Shown here piece after piece: positions 1-14,500 of a DNA stretch of 64,000 nt. The notes beneath the pieces were generated by a model that ran no database searches, was not told the origin of the DNA, and saw only the letters and a program-made list of their open reading frames with translations. Origin of the DNA: Eledone cirrhosa (taxonomy: Eukaryota); assembly GCA_964016885.1 (NCBI GenBank), contig OZ024743.1, forward strand, positions 185,442,001 through 185,506,000, read 5' to 3'. The translations under genes and the position numbers were made by a program. Positions within the stretch are counted from its first letter, which is position 1. Each line of letters begins with the position of its first letter.

Positions 1-2516
1 TAACAGTGTTGGTGAGTCAGATTCTAGTATGGCATAAACGTTAACAGTGTTGGTGAGTGAGATTCTAGTATGGCATAAACGTTAACAATGTTGGTGAGTC
101 AGATTCTAGCATGGCATAAACGTTAACCGTTTTGTTGAGTCAGATTCTAGTATGGCATAAACGTTAACAGTGTTGGTGAGTGAGATTCTAGTATGGCATA
201 AACGTTAACAGTGTTGTTGAGTGAGATTCTAGTATGGCATAAACGTTAACAGTGTTGGTGAGTGAGATTCTAGTATGGCATAAACGTTAACAGTGTTGGT
301 GAGTGAGATTCTAGTATGGCATAAACGTTAACAGTGTTGGTGAGTCAGATTCTAGTATGGCATAAACGTTAACAGTGTTGAGTGAGATTCTAGTATGGCA
401 TAAACGTTAACAGTGTTGGTGAGTCAGATTCTAGTATGGCATAAACGTTAACAGTGTTGGTGAGTCAGATTCTAGTATGGCATAAACGTTAACAGTGTTG
501 GTGAGTCAGATTCTAGCATGGCATAAACGTTAACAGTGTTGTTGAGTGAGATTCTAGCATGGCATAAACGTTAACAGTGTTGTTGAGTGAGATTCTAGTA
601 TGGCATAAACGTTAACAGTGTTGGTGAGTGAGATTCTAGTATGGCATAAACGTTAACAGTTTTAGTGAGTGAGATTCTAGTATGGCATAAACGTTAACAG
701 TGTTGGTGAGTGAGATTCTAGTATGGCATAAACGTTAACAGTGTTGGTGAGTGAGATTCTAGCATGGCATAAACGTTAACAGTGTTGGTGAGTCAGATTC
801 TAGTATGGCATAAACGTTAACAGTGTTGGTGAGTGAGATTCTAGTATGACATAAACGTTAACAGTGTTGGTGAGTCAGACTCTAGCATGGCATAAACGTT
901 AACAGTGTTGTTGAGTGAGATTCTAGTATGGCATAAACGTTAAAGGTGTTGGTGAGTCAGATTCTAGCATGGCATAAACGTTAACAGTGTTGTTGAGTGA
1001 GATTCTAGTATGGCATAAACGTTAACAGTGTTGGTGAGTGAGATTCTAGCATGGCATAAACGTTAACACTGTTGGTGAGTGAGATTCTAGTATGGAATAA
1101 ACGTTAACAGTGTTGGTGAGTGAGATTCTAGTATGGCATAAACGTTAACAGTGTTGGTGAGTGAGATTCTAGCATGGCATAAACGTTAACAGTTTTGTTG
1201 AGTCAGATTCTAGTATGGCATAAACGTTAACAGTGTTGGTGAGTGAGATTCTAGTATGGCATAAACGTTAACAGTGTTGGTGAGTGAGATTCTAGTATGG
1301 CATAAACGTTAACAGTGTTGGTGAGTCAGATTGTAGCATGGCATAAACGTTAACAGTGTTGGTGAGTGAGATTCTAGCATGACATAAACGTTAACAGTGT
1401 TGGTGAGTGAGATTCTAGAATGGCATAAACGTTAACAGTGTTGGTGAGTAAGATTCTAGTATGGCATAAACGTTACCAGTGTTGGTGAGTGAGATTCTAG
1501 TATGGCATAAACGTTAACAGTGTTGTTGAGTGAGATTCTAGCATGGCATACACGTTAACAGTGTTGTTGAGTGACATTCTGGTATGGCATACACGTTAAC
1601 AGTGTTGTTGAGTGAGATTCTAGTATGGCATAAACGTTAACAGTGTTGTTGAGTGAGATTCTAGCATGGCATACACGTTAACAGTGTTGGTGAGTGAGAT
1701 TCTAGTATGGCATAAACGTTAACAGTGTTGTTGAGTGAGATTCTAGTATAGCATACACGTTAACAGTGTTCGTGAGTGAGATTCTAGTATGGCATAAACG
1801 TTAACAGTGTTGGTGAGTGAGATTCTAGTATGGCATAAACGTTAACAGAGTTGGTGAGCGAGATTCTAGTATGGCATAAACGTTAACAGTGTTGTTGAGT
1901 GAGATTCTAGCATGGCATAAACGTTAACAGTGTTGTTGAGTGAGATCCTAGTATGGCATAAACGTTAACAGTGTTGTTGAGTGAGATTCTAGTATGGCAT
2001 AAACGTTAACAGTGTTGGTGAGTGAGATTCTAGTATGGCATAAACGTTAACAGTGTTGTTGAGTGAGATTCTAGTATGGCATAAACGTTAACAGTGTTGG
2101 TGAGTGAGATTCTAGTATGGCATAAACGTTAACAGTGTTGGTGAGTGAGATTCTAGTATGGCATACACATTAACAGTGTTGTTGATTGAGATTCTAGTAT
2201 TGCATACATATTAACAGTGTTGTTGAGTGAAATTCTAGTATGGCATAAACGTTAACAGTGTTGGTGAGTGAGATTCTAGCATGGCATAAACGTTAACAGC
2301 GTTGGTGAGTGAGATTCTAGTATGGCATAAACATTAACAGAGTTGGTGAGTGAGATTCTAGTATGGCATAAACGTTAACAGTGTTGTTGAGTGAGATTCT
2401 AGCATGGCATAAACGTTAACAGTGTTGTTGAGTGAGATCCTAGTATGGCATAAACGTTAACAGTGTTGTTGAGTGAGATTCTAGTATGGCATAAACGTTA
2501 ACAGTGTTGGTGAGTG

Positions 2517-5500
2517 AGATTCTAGCATGGCATAAACGTTAACAGTGTTGGTGAGTGAGATTCTAGTATCGCATAAACGTTAACAGTGTTGGTGAGTAAG
2601 ATTCTAGTATGGCATAAACGTTAACAGTGTTGGTGAGTGAGATTCTAGTATGGCATAAACGTTAACAGTGTTGGTGAGTGAGATTCTAGTATGGCATAAA
2701 CGTTAACAGTGTTGGTGAGTGAGATTCTAGTATGGCATAAACGTTAACAGTGTTGGTGAGTCGGATTCTAGTATGGCATAAACGTTAACAGTGTTGGTGA
2801 GTGAGATTCTAGTATGGCATAAACGTTAACAATGTTGGTGAGTCAGATTCTAGCATGGCATAAACGTTAACCGTTTTGTTGAGTCAGATTCTAGTATGGC
2901 ATAAACGTTAACAGTGTTGGTGAGTGAGATTCTAGTATGGCATAAACGTTAACAGTGTTGTTGAGTGAGATTCTAGTATGGCATAAACGTTAACAGTGTT
3001 GTTGAGTGAGATTCTAGCATGGCATAAACGTTAACAGTGTTGGTGAGTGAGATTCTAGCATGACATAAACGTCAACAGTGTTGTTGAGCGAGATTCTAGC
3101 ATGGCATAAACGTTGACAGTGTTGGTGAGTGAGATTCTAGCATGGCATAAACGTTGACAGTATTGGTGAGTGAGATTCTAGTATGGCATAAACGTTAACA
3201 GTGTTGTTGAGTGAGATTCTAGCATGGCATAAACGTTAACAGTGTTGGTGAGTGAGATTCTAGTATGGCATAAATGTTAACAGAGTTGGTGAGTGAGATT
3301 CTAGTATGGCATAAACGTTAACAGTGTTGTTGAGTGAGATTCTAGCATGGCATAAACGTTAACAGTGTTGTTGAGTGAGATCCTAGTATAGCATAAACGT
3401 TAACAGTGTTGTTGAGTGAGATTCTAGTATGGCATAAACGTTAACAGTGTTGTTGAGTGAGATTCTAGCATGGCATACACGTTAACAGTGTTGTTGAGTG
3501 AGATTCTAGTATGGCATACACGTTAACAGTGTTGTTGAGTGAGATTCTAGTATGGCATAAACGTTAACAGTGTTGGTGAGTGAGATTCTAGTATGGCATA
3601 AACGTTAACAGTGTTGTTGAGTGAGATTCTAGTATAGCATACACGTTAACAGTGTTCGTGAGTGAGATTCTAGTATGGCATAAACGTTAACAGTGTTGTT
3701 GAGTGAGATTCTAGTGTGGCATACACGTTAACAGTGTTCGTGAGTGAGATTCTAGTATGGCATAAACGTTAACAGTGTTGGTGAGTGAGATTCTAGTATG
3801 GCATACACGTTAACAGTGTTCGTGAGTGAGATTCTAGTATGGCATAAACGTTAACAGTGTTGGTGAGTGAGATTCTAGTATGGCATAAACGTCAACAGTG
3901 TTGGTGAGTTAGATTCTAGTATGGCATAAACGTTAACAGTGTTGGTGAGTGAGATTCTAGTATGGCATAAACGTTAACAGTGTTGGTGAGTGAGATTCTA
4001 GCATGACATAAACGTTAACAGTGTTGGTGAGTGAGATTCTAGTATGGCATAAACGTTAATAGTGTTGGTGAGTGAGATTCTAGCATGGCATAAACGTTAA
4101 CAGAGTTGGTGAGCGAGATTCTAGTATGGCATAAACGTTAACAGTGTTGTTGAGTGAGATTCTAGCATGGCATAAACGTTAACAGTGTTGTTGAGTGAGA
4201 TCCTAGTATGGCATAAACGTTAACAGTGTTGTTGAGTGAGATTCTAGTATGGCATAAACGTTAACAGTGTTGGTGAGTGAGATTCTAGTATGGCATAAAC
4301 GTTAACAGTGTTGTTGAGTGAGATTCTAGTATGGCATAAACGTTAACAGTGTTGTTGAGTGAGATTCTAGTGTGGCATACACGTTAACAGTGTTCGTGAG
4401 TGAGATTCTAGTATGGCATAAACGTTAACAGTGTTGGTGAGTGAGATTCTAGTATGGCATACACGTTAACAGTGTTCGTGAGTGAGATTCTAGTATGGCA
4501 TAAACGTTAACAGTGTTGGTGAGTGAGATTCTAGTATGGCATAAACGTCAACAGTGTTGGTGAGTTAGATTCTAGTATGGCATAAACGTTAACAGTGTTG
4601 GTGAGTGAGATTCTAGTATGGCATAAACGTTAACAGTGTTGGTGAGTGAGATTCTAGCATGACATAAACGTTAACAGTGTTGGTGAGTGAGATTCTAGTA
4701 TGGCATAAACGTTAATAGTGTTGGTGAGTGAGATTCTAGCATGGCATAAACGTTAACAGTGTTGGTGAGTAAGATTCTAGCATGGCATAAACGTTAACAG
4801 TGTTGGTGAGTGAGATTCTAGTATGGCATAAACGTTAACAGTGTTGTTGAGTGAGATTCTAGCTTGGCATACACGTTAACAGTGTTGTTGAGTGACATTC
4901 TAGTATGGCATACACGTTAACAGTGTTGTTGAGTGAGATTCTAGTATGGCATAAACGTTAACACTGTTGTTGAGTGAGATTCTAGCATGGCATACACGTT
5001 AACAGTGTTGTTGAGTGAGATTCTAGTATGGCATACACGTTAACAGTGTTGTTGAGTGAGATTCTAGTATGGCATAAACGTTAACAGTGTTGGTGAGTGA
5101 GATTCTAGTATGGCATAAACGTTAACAGTGTTGTTGAGTGAGATTCTAGTATAGCATACACGTTAACAGTGTTCGTGAGTGAGATTCTAGCATGGCATAA
5201 ACGTTAACAGTGTTGTTGAGTGAGATTCTAGTATGGCATACACGTTAACAGTGTTCGTGAGTGAGATTCTAGTATGGCATAAACGTTAACAGTGTTGGTG
5301 AATGAGATTCTAGTATGGCATACACGTTAACAGTGTTCGTGAGTGAGATTCTAGTATGGCATAAACGTTAACAGTGTTGGTGAGTGAGATTCTAGTATGG
5401 CATAATCGTTAACAGTGTTCGTGAGTGAGATTCTAGTATGGCATAAACGTTAACAGTGTTGTTGAGTGAGATTCTAGCATGGCATACACGTTAACAGTGT

Positions 5501-8500
5501 TGGTGAGTGAGATTCTAGTATGGCATAAACGTTAACAGTGTTGTTGAGTGAGATTCTAGTATGGCATAAACGTTAACAGTGTTGTTGAGTGAGATTCTAG
5601 CATGGCATAAACGTTAACAGTGTTGGTGTGTGAGATTCTAGCATGACATAAACGTTAACAGTGTTGTTGAGTGAGATTCTAGCATGGCATAAACGTTGAC
5701 AGTGTTGGTGAGTGAGATTCTAGCATGGCATAAACGTTGACAGTATTGGTGAGTGAGATTCTAGTATGGCATAAACGTTAACAGTGTTGTTGAGTGAGAT
5801 TCTAGTATGGCATAAACGTTAACAGTGTTGTTGAGTGAGATTCTAGTATGGCATAAACGTTAACAGTGTTGGTGAGTCAGATTCTAGTATGGCATAAACG
5901 TTAACAGCGTTGGTGAGTCAGATTCTAGTATGGCATAAACGTTAACAGTGTTGGTGAGTCAGATTCTAGCATGGCATAAACGTTAACAGTGTTGTTGAGT
6001 GAGATTCTAGCATGGCATAAACGTTAACAGTGTTGTTGAGTGAGATTCTAGTATGGCATAAACGTTAACAGTGTTGGTGAGTGAGATTCTAGTATGGCAT
6101 AAACGTTAACAGTGTTAGTGAGTGAGATTCTAGTATGGCATAAACGTTAACAGTGTTGGTGAGTGAGATTCTAGTATGGCATAAATGTTAACAGTGTTGG
6201 TGAGTGAGATTCTAGCATGGCATAAACGTTAACAGTGTTGGTGAGTCAGATTCTAGTATGGCATAAACGTTAACAGTGTTGGTGAGTGAGATTCTAGTAT
6301 GACATAAACATTAACAGTGTTGGTGAGTCAGATTCTAGCATGGCATAAACGTTAACACTGTTGTTGAGTGAGATTCTAGTATGGCATAAACGTTAACAGT
6401 GTTGGTGAGTCAGATTCTAGCATGGCATAAACGTTAACAGTGTTGTTGAGTGAGATTCTAGTATGGCATAAACGTTAACAGTGTTGGTGAGTGAGATTCT
6501 AGCATGGCATAAACGTTAACAGTGTTGGTGAGTGAGATTCTAGTATGGAATAAACGTTAACAGTGTTGGTGAGTGAGATTCTAGTATGGCATAAACGTTA
6601 ACAGTGTTGTTGAGTGAGATTCTAGTATGGCATAAACGTTAACAGTGTTGGTGAGTGAGATTCTAGCATGACATAAACGTTAACAGTGTTGGTGAGTGAG
6701 ATTCTAGTATGGCATAAACGTTAACAGTGTTGGTGAGTGAGATTCTAGTATGGCATAAACGTCAACAGTGTTGGCGAGTCAGATTCTAGTATGGCATAAA
6801 CGTTAACAGTGTTGGTGAGTGAGATTCTAGTATGGCATAAACGTTAACAGTGTTGTTGAGTGAGATTCTAGTATAGCATACACGTTAACAGTGTTCGTGA
6901 GTGAGATTCTAGTATGGCATAAACGTTAACAGTGTTATTGAGTGAGATTCTAGTATGGCATAAACGTTAACAGTGTTGGTGAGTCAGATTGTAGCATGGC
7001 ATAAACGTTAACAGTGTTGGTGAGTGAGATTCTAGCATGACATAAACGTTAACAGTGTTGGTGAGTGAGATTCTAGTATGGCATAAACGTTAACAGCGTT
7101 GGTGAGTCAGATTCTAGCATGGCATAAACGTTAACAGTGTTGGTGAGTAAGATTCTAGTATGGCATAAACGTTACCAGTGTTGGTGAGTGAGATTCTAGT
7201 ATGGCATAAACGTTAACAGTGTTGTTGAGTGAGATTCTAGCATGGCATACACGTTAACAGTGTTGTTGAGTGACATTCTGGTATGGCATACACGTTAACA
7301 GTGTTGTTGAGTGAGGTTCTAGTATGGCATAAACGTTAACAGTGTTGTTGAGTGAGATTCTAGCATGGCATACACGTTAACAGTGTTGGTGAGTGAGATT
7401 CTAGTATGGCATAAACGTTAACAGTGTTGGTGAGTGAGATTCTAGTATGTCATACACGTTAACAGTGTTCGTGAGTGAGATTCTAGTATGGCATAAACGT
7501 TAACAGTGTTGGTGAGTGAGATTCTAGTATGGCATAAACGTTAACAGTGTTCGTGAGTGAGATTCTAGTATGGCATAAATGTTAACAGTGTTGTTGAGTG
7601 AGATTCTAGCATGGCATACACGTTAAAAGTGTTGGTGAGTGAGATTCTAGTATGGCATAAACGTCAACAGTGTTGGTGAGTTAGATTCTAGTATGGCATA
7701 AACGTTAACAGTGTTGGTGAGTGAGATTCTAGTATGGCATAAACGTTAACAGTGTTGGTGAGTGAGATTCTAGCATGACATAAACGTTAACAGTGTTGGT
7801 GAGTGAGATTCTAGTATGGCATAAACGTTAATAGTGTTGGTGAGTGAGATTCTAGCATGGCATAAACGTTAACAGTGTTGGTGAGTAAGATTCTAGCATG
7901 GCATAAACGTTAACAGTGTTGGTGAGTGAGATTCTAGTATGGCATAAACGTTAACAGTGTTGTTGAGTGAGATTCTAGCTTGGCATACACGTTAACAGTG
8001 TTGTTGAGTGACATTCTAGTATGGCATACACGTTAACAGTGTTGTTGAGTGAGATTCTAGTATGGCATAAACGTTAACACTGTTGTTGAGTGAGATTCTA
8101 GCATGGCATACACGTTAACAGTGTTGTTGAGTGAGATTCTAGTATGGCATACACGTTAACAGTGTTGTTGAGTGAGATTCTAGTATGGCATAAACGTTAA
8201 CAGTGTTGGTGAGTGAGATTCTAGTATGGCATAAACGTTAACAGTGTTGTTGAGTGAGATTCTAGTATAGCATACACGTTAACAGTGTTCGTGAGTGAGA
8301 TTCTAGCATGGCATAAACGTTAACAGTGTTGTTGAGTGAGATTCTAGTATGGCATACACGTTAACAGTGTTCGTGAGTGAGATTCTAGTATGGCATAAAC
8401 GTTAACAGTGTTGGTGAATGAGATTCTAGTATGGCATACACGTTAACAGTGTTCGTGAGTGAGATTCTAGTATGGCATAAACGTTAACAGTGTTGGTGAG

Positions 8501-11500
8501 TGAGATTCTAGTATGGCATAATCGTTAACAGTGTTCGTGAGTGAGATTCTAGTATGGCATAAACGTTAACAGTGTTGTTGAGTGAGATTCTAGCATGGCA
8601 TACACGTTAACAGTGTTGGTGAGTGAGATTCTAGTATGGCATAAACGTTAACAGTGTTGTTGAGTGAGATTCTAGTATGGCATAAACGTTAACAGTGTTG
8701 TTGAGTGAGATTCTAGCATGGCATAAACGTTAACAGTGTTGGTGTGTGAGATTCTAGCATGACATAAACGTTAACAGTGTTGTTGAGTGAGATTCTAGCA
8801 TGGCATAAACGTTGACAGTGTTGGTGAGTGAGATTCTAGCATGGCATAAACGTTGACAGTATTGGTGAGTGAGATTCTAGTATGGCATAAACGTTAACAG
8901 TGTTGTTGAGTGAGATTCTAGTATGGCATAAACGTTAACAGTGTTGTTGAGTGAGATTCTAGTATGGCATAAACGTTAACAGTGTTGGTGAGTCAGATTC
9001 TAGTATGGCATAAACGTTAACAGTGTTGGTGAGTCAGATTCTAGTATGGCATAAACGTTAACAGTGTTGGTGAGTCAGATTCTAGCATGGCATAAACGTT
9101 AACAGTGTTGTTGAGTGAGATTCTAGCATGGCATAAACGTTAACAGTGTTGTTGAGTGAGATTCTAGTATGGCATAAACGTTAACAGTGTTGGTGAGTGA
9201 GATTCTAGTATGGCATAAACGTTAACAGTTTTAGTGAGTGAGATTCTAGTATGGCATAAACGTTAACAGTGTTGGTGAGTGAGATTCTAGTATGGCATAA
9301 ATGTTAACAGTGTTGGTGAGTGAGATTCTAGCATGGCATAAACGTTAACAGTGTTGGTGAGTCAGATTCTAGTATGGCATAAACGTTAACAGTGTTGGTG
9401 AGTGAGATTCTAGTATGACATAAACGTTAACAGTGTTGGTGAGTCAGATTCTAGCATGGCATAAACGTTAACACTGTTGTTGAGTGAGATTCTAGTATGG
9501 CATAAACGTTAACAGTGTTGGTGAGTCAGATTCTAGCATGGCATAAACGTTAACAGTGTTGTTGAGTGAGATTCTAGTATGGCATAAACGTTAACAGTGT
9601 TGGTGAGTGAGATTCTAGCATGGCATAAACGTTAACAGTGTTGGTGAGTGAGATTCTAGTATGGAATAAACGTTAACAGTGTTGGTGAGTGAGATTCTAG
9701 TATGGCATAAACGTTAACAGTGTTGTTGAGTGAGATTCTAGTATGGCATAAACGTTAACAGTGTTGGTGAGTGAGATTCTAGCATGACATAAACGTTAAC
9801 AGTGTTGGTGAGTGAGATTCTAGTATGGCATAAACGTTAACAGTGTTGGTGAGTGAGATTCTAGTATGGCATAAACGTCAACAGTGTTGGCGAGTCAGAT
9901 TCTAGTATGGCATAAACGTTAACAGTGTTGGTGAGTGAGATTCTAGTATGGCATAAACGTTAACAGTGTTGTTGAGTGAGATTCTAGTATAGCATACACG
10001 TTAACAGTGTTCGTGAGTGAGATTCTAGTATGGCATAAACGTTAACAGTGTTATTGAGTGAGATTCTAGTATGGCATAAACGTTAACAGTGTTGGTGAGT
10101 CAGATTGTAGCATGGCATAAACGTTAACAGTGTTGGTGAGTGAGATTCTAGCATGACATAAACGTTAACAGTGTTGGTGAGTGAGATTCTAGTATGGCAT
10201 AAACGTTAACAGCGTTGGTGAGTCAGATTCTAGCATGGCATAAACGTTAACAGTGTTGGTGAGTGAGATTCTAGTATCGCATAAACGTTAACAGTGTTGG
10301 TGAGTAAGATTCTAGTATGGCATAAACGTTAACAGTGTTGGTGAGTGAGATTCTAGTATGGCATAAACGTTAACAGTGTTGGTGAGTGAGATTCTAGTAT
10401 GGCATAAACGTTAACAGTGTTGGTGAGTGAGATTCTAGTATGGCATAAACGTTAACAGTGTTGGTGAGTCGGATTCTAGTATGGCATAAACGTTAACAGT
10501 GTTGGTGAGTGAGATTCTAGTATGGCATAAACGTTAACAATGTTGGTGAGTCAGATTCTAGCATGGCATAAACGTTAACCGTTTTGTTGAGTCAGATTCT
10601 AGTATGGCATAAACGTTAACAGTGTTGGTGAGTGAGATTCTAGTATGGCATAAACGTTAACAGTGTTGTTGAGTGAGATTCTAGTATGGCATAAACGTTA
10701 ACAGTGTTGTTGAGTGAGATTCTAGCATGGCATAAACGTTAACAGTGTTGGTGAGTGAGATTCTAGCATGACATAAACGTCAACAGTGTTGTTGAGCGAG
10801 ATTCTAGCATGGCATAAACGTTGACAGTGTTGGTGAGTGAGATTCTAGCATGGCATAAACGTTGACAGTATTGGTGAGTGAGATTCTAGTATGGCATAAA
10901 CGTTAACAGTGTTGTTGAGTGAGATTCTAGCATGGCATAAACGTTAACAGTGTTGGTGAGTGAGATTCTAGTATGGCATAAATGTTAACAGAGTTGGTGA
11001 GTGAGATTCTAGTATGGCATAAACGTTAACAGTGTTGTTGAGTGAGATTCTAGCATGGCATAAACGTTAACAGTGTTGTTGAGTGAGATCCTAGTATAGC
11101 ATAAACGTTAACAGTGTTGTTGAGTGAGATTCTAGTATGGCATAAACGTTAACAGTGTTGTTGAGTGAGATTCTAGCATGGCATACACGTTAACAGTGTT
11201 GTTGAGTGAGATTCTAGTATGGCATACACGTTAACAGTGTTGTTGAGTGAGATTCTAGTATGGCATAAACGTTAACAGTGTTGGTGAGTGAGATTCTAGT
11301 ATGGCATAAACGTTAACAGTGTTGTTGAGTGAGATTCTAGTATAGCATACACGTTAACAGTGTTCGTGAGTGAGATTCTAGTATGGCATAAACGTTAACA
11401 GTGTTGTTGAGTGAGATTCTAGTGTGGCATACACGTTAACAGTGTTCGTGAGTGAGATTCTAGTATGGCATAAACGTTAACAGTGTTGGTGAGTGAGATT

Positions 11501-14500
11501 CTAGTATGGCATACACGTTAACAGTGTTCGTGAGTGAGATTCTAGTATGGCATAAACGTTAACAGTGTTGGTGAGTGAGATTCTAGTATGGCATAAACGT
11601 CAACAGTGTTGGTGAGTTAGATTCTAGTATGGCATAAACGTTAACAGTGTTGGTGAGTGAGATTCTAGTATGGCATAAACGTTAACAGTGTTGGTGAGTG
11701 AGATTCTAGCATGACATAAACGTTAACAGTGTTGGTGAGTGAGATTCTAGTATGGCATAAACGTTAATAGTGTTGGTGAGTGAGATTCTAGCATGGCATA
11801 AACGTTAACAGAGTTGGTGAGCGAGATTCTAGTATGGCATAAACGTTAACAGTGTTGTTGAGTGAGATTCTAGCATGGCATAAACGTTAACAGTGTTGTT
11901 GAGTGAGATCCTAGTATGGCATAAACGTTAACAGTGTTGTTGAGTGAGATTCTAGTATGGCATAAACGTTAACAGTGTTGGTGAGTGAGATTCTAGTATG
12001 GCATAAACGTTAACAGTGTTGTTGAGTGAGATTCTAGTATGGCATAAACGTTAACAGTGTTGTTGAGTGAGATTCTAGTGTGGCATACACGTTAACAGTG
12101 TTCGTGAGTGAGATTCTAGTATGGCATAAACGTTAACAGTGTTGGTGAGTGAGATTCTAGTATGGCATACACGTTAACAGTGTTCGTGAGTGAGATTCTA
12201 GTATGGCATAAACGTTAACAGTGTTGGTGAGTGAGATTCTAGTATGGCATAAACGTCAACAGTGTTGGTGAGTTAGATTCTAGTATGGCATAAACGTTAA
12301 CAGTGTTGGTGAGTGAGATTCTAGTATGGCATAAACGTTAACAGTGTTGGTGAGTGAGATTCTAGCATGACATAAACGTTAACAGTGTTGGTGAGTGAGA
12401 TTCTAGTATGGCATAAACGTTAATAGTGTTGGTGAGTGAGATTCTAGCATGGCATAAACGTTAACAGTGTTGGTGAGTAAGATTCTAGCATGGCATAAAC
12501 GTTAACAGTGTTGGTGAGTGAGATTCTAGTATGGCATAAACGTTAACAGTGTTGTTGAGTGAGATTCTAGCTTGGCATACACGTTAACAGTGTTGTTGAG
12601 TGACATTCTAGTATGGCATACACGTTAACAGTGTTGTTGAGTGAGATTCTAGTATGGCATAAACGTTAACACTGTTGTTGAGTGAGATTCTAGCATGGCA
12701 TACACGTTAACAGTGTTGTTGAGTGAGATTCTAGTATGGCATACACGTTAACAGTGTTGTTGAGTGAGATTCTAGTATGGCATAAACGTTAACAGTGTTG
12801 GTGAGTGAGATTCTAGTATGGCATAAACGTTAACAGTGTTGTTGAGTGAGATTCTAGTATAGCATACACGTTAACAGTGTTCGTGAGTGAGATTCTAGCA
12901 TGGCATAAACGTTAACAGTGTTGTTGAGTGAGATTCTAGTATGGCATACACGTTAACAGTGTTCGTGAGTGAGATTCTAGTATGGCATAAACGTTAACAG
13001 TGTTGGTGAATGAGATTCTAGTATGGCATACACGTTAACAGTGTTCGTGAGTGAGATTCTAGTATGGCATAAACGTTAACAGTGTTGGTGAGTGAGATTC
13101 TAGTATGGCATAATCGTTAACAGTGTTCGTGAGTGAGATTCTAGTATGGCATAAACGTTAACAGTGTTGTTGAGTGAGATTCTAGCATGGCATACACGTT
13201 AACAGTGTTGGTGAGTGAGATTCTAGTATGGCATAAACGTTAACAGTGTTGTTGAGTGAGATTCTAGTATGGCATAAACGTTAACAGTGTTGTTGAGTGA
13301 GATTCTAGCATGGCATAAACGTTAACAGTGTTGGTGTGTGAGATTCTAGCATGACATAAACGTTAACAGTGTTGTTGAGTGAGATTCTAGCATGGCATAA
13401 ACGTTGACAGTGTTGGTGAGTGAGATTCTAGCATGGCATAAACGTTGACAGTATTGGTGAGTGAGATTCTAGTATGGCATAAACGTTAACAGTGTTGTTG
13501 AGTGAGATTCTAGTATGGCATAAACGTTAACAGTGTTGTTGAGTGAGATTCTAGTATGGCATAAACGTTAACAGTGTTGGTGAGTCAGATTCTAGTATGG
13601 CATAAACGTTAACAGCGTTGGTGAGTCAGATTCTAGTATGGCATAAACGTTAACAGTGTTGGTGAGTCAGATTCTAGCATGGCATAAACGTTAACAGTGT
13701 TGTTGAGTGAGATTCTAGCATGGCATAAACGTTAACAGTGTTGTTGAGTGAGATTCTAGTATGGCATAAACGTTAACAGTGTTGGTGAGTGAGATTCTAG
13801 TATGGCATAAACGTTAACAGTGCTAGTGAGTGAGATTCTAGTATGGCATAAACGTTAACAGTGTTGGTGAGTGAGATTCTAGTATGGCATAAATGTTAAC
13901 AGTGTTGGTGAGTGAGATTCTAGCATGGCATAAACGTTAACAGTGTTGGTGAGTCAGATTCTAGTATGGCATAAACGTTAACAGTGTTGGTGAGTGAGAT
14001 TCTAGTATGACATAAACGTTAACAGTGTTGGTGAGTCAGATTCTAGCATGGCATAAACGTTAACACTGTTGTTGAGTGAGATTCTAGTATGGCATAAACG
14101 TTAACAGTGTTGGTGAGTCAGATTCTAGCATGGCATAAACGTTAACAGTGTTGTTGAGTGAGATTCTAGTATGGCATAAACGTTAACAGTGTTGGTGAGT
14201 GAGATTCTAGCATGGCATAAACGTTAACAGTGTTGGTGAGTGAGATTCTAGTATGGAATAAACGTTAACAGTGTTGGTGAGTGAGATTCTAGTATGGCAT
14301 AAACGTTAACAGTGTTGTTGAGTGAGATTCTAGTATGGCATAAACGTTAACAGTGTTGGTGAGTGAGATTCTAGCATGACATAAACGTTAACAGTGTTGG
14401 TGAGTGAGATTCTAGTATGGCATAAACGTTAACAGTGTTGGTGAGTGAGATTCTAGTATGGCATAAACGTCAACAGTGTTGGCGAGTCAGATTCTAGTAT

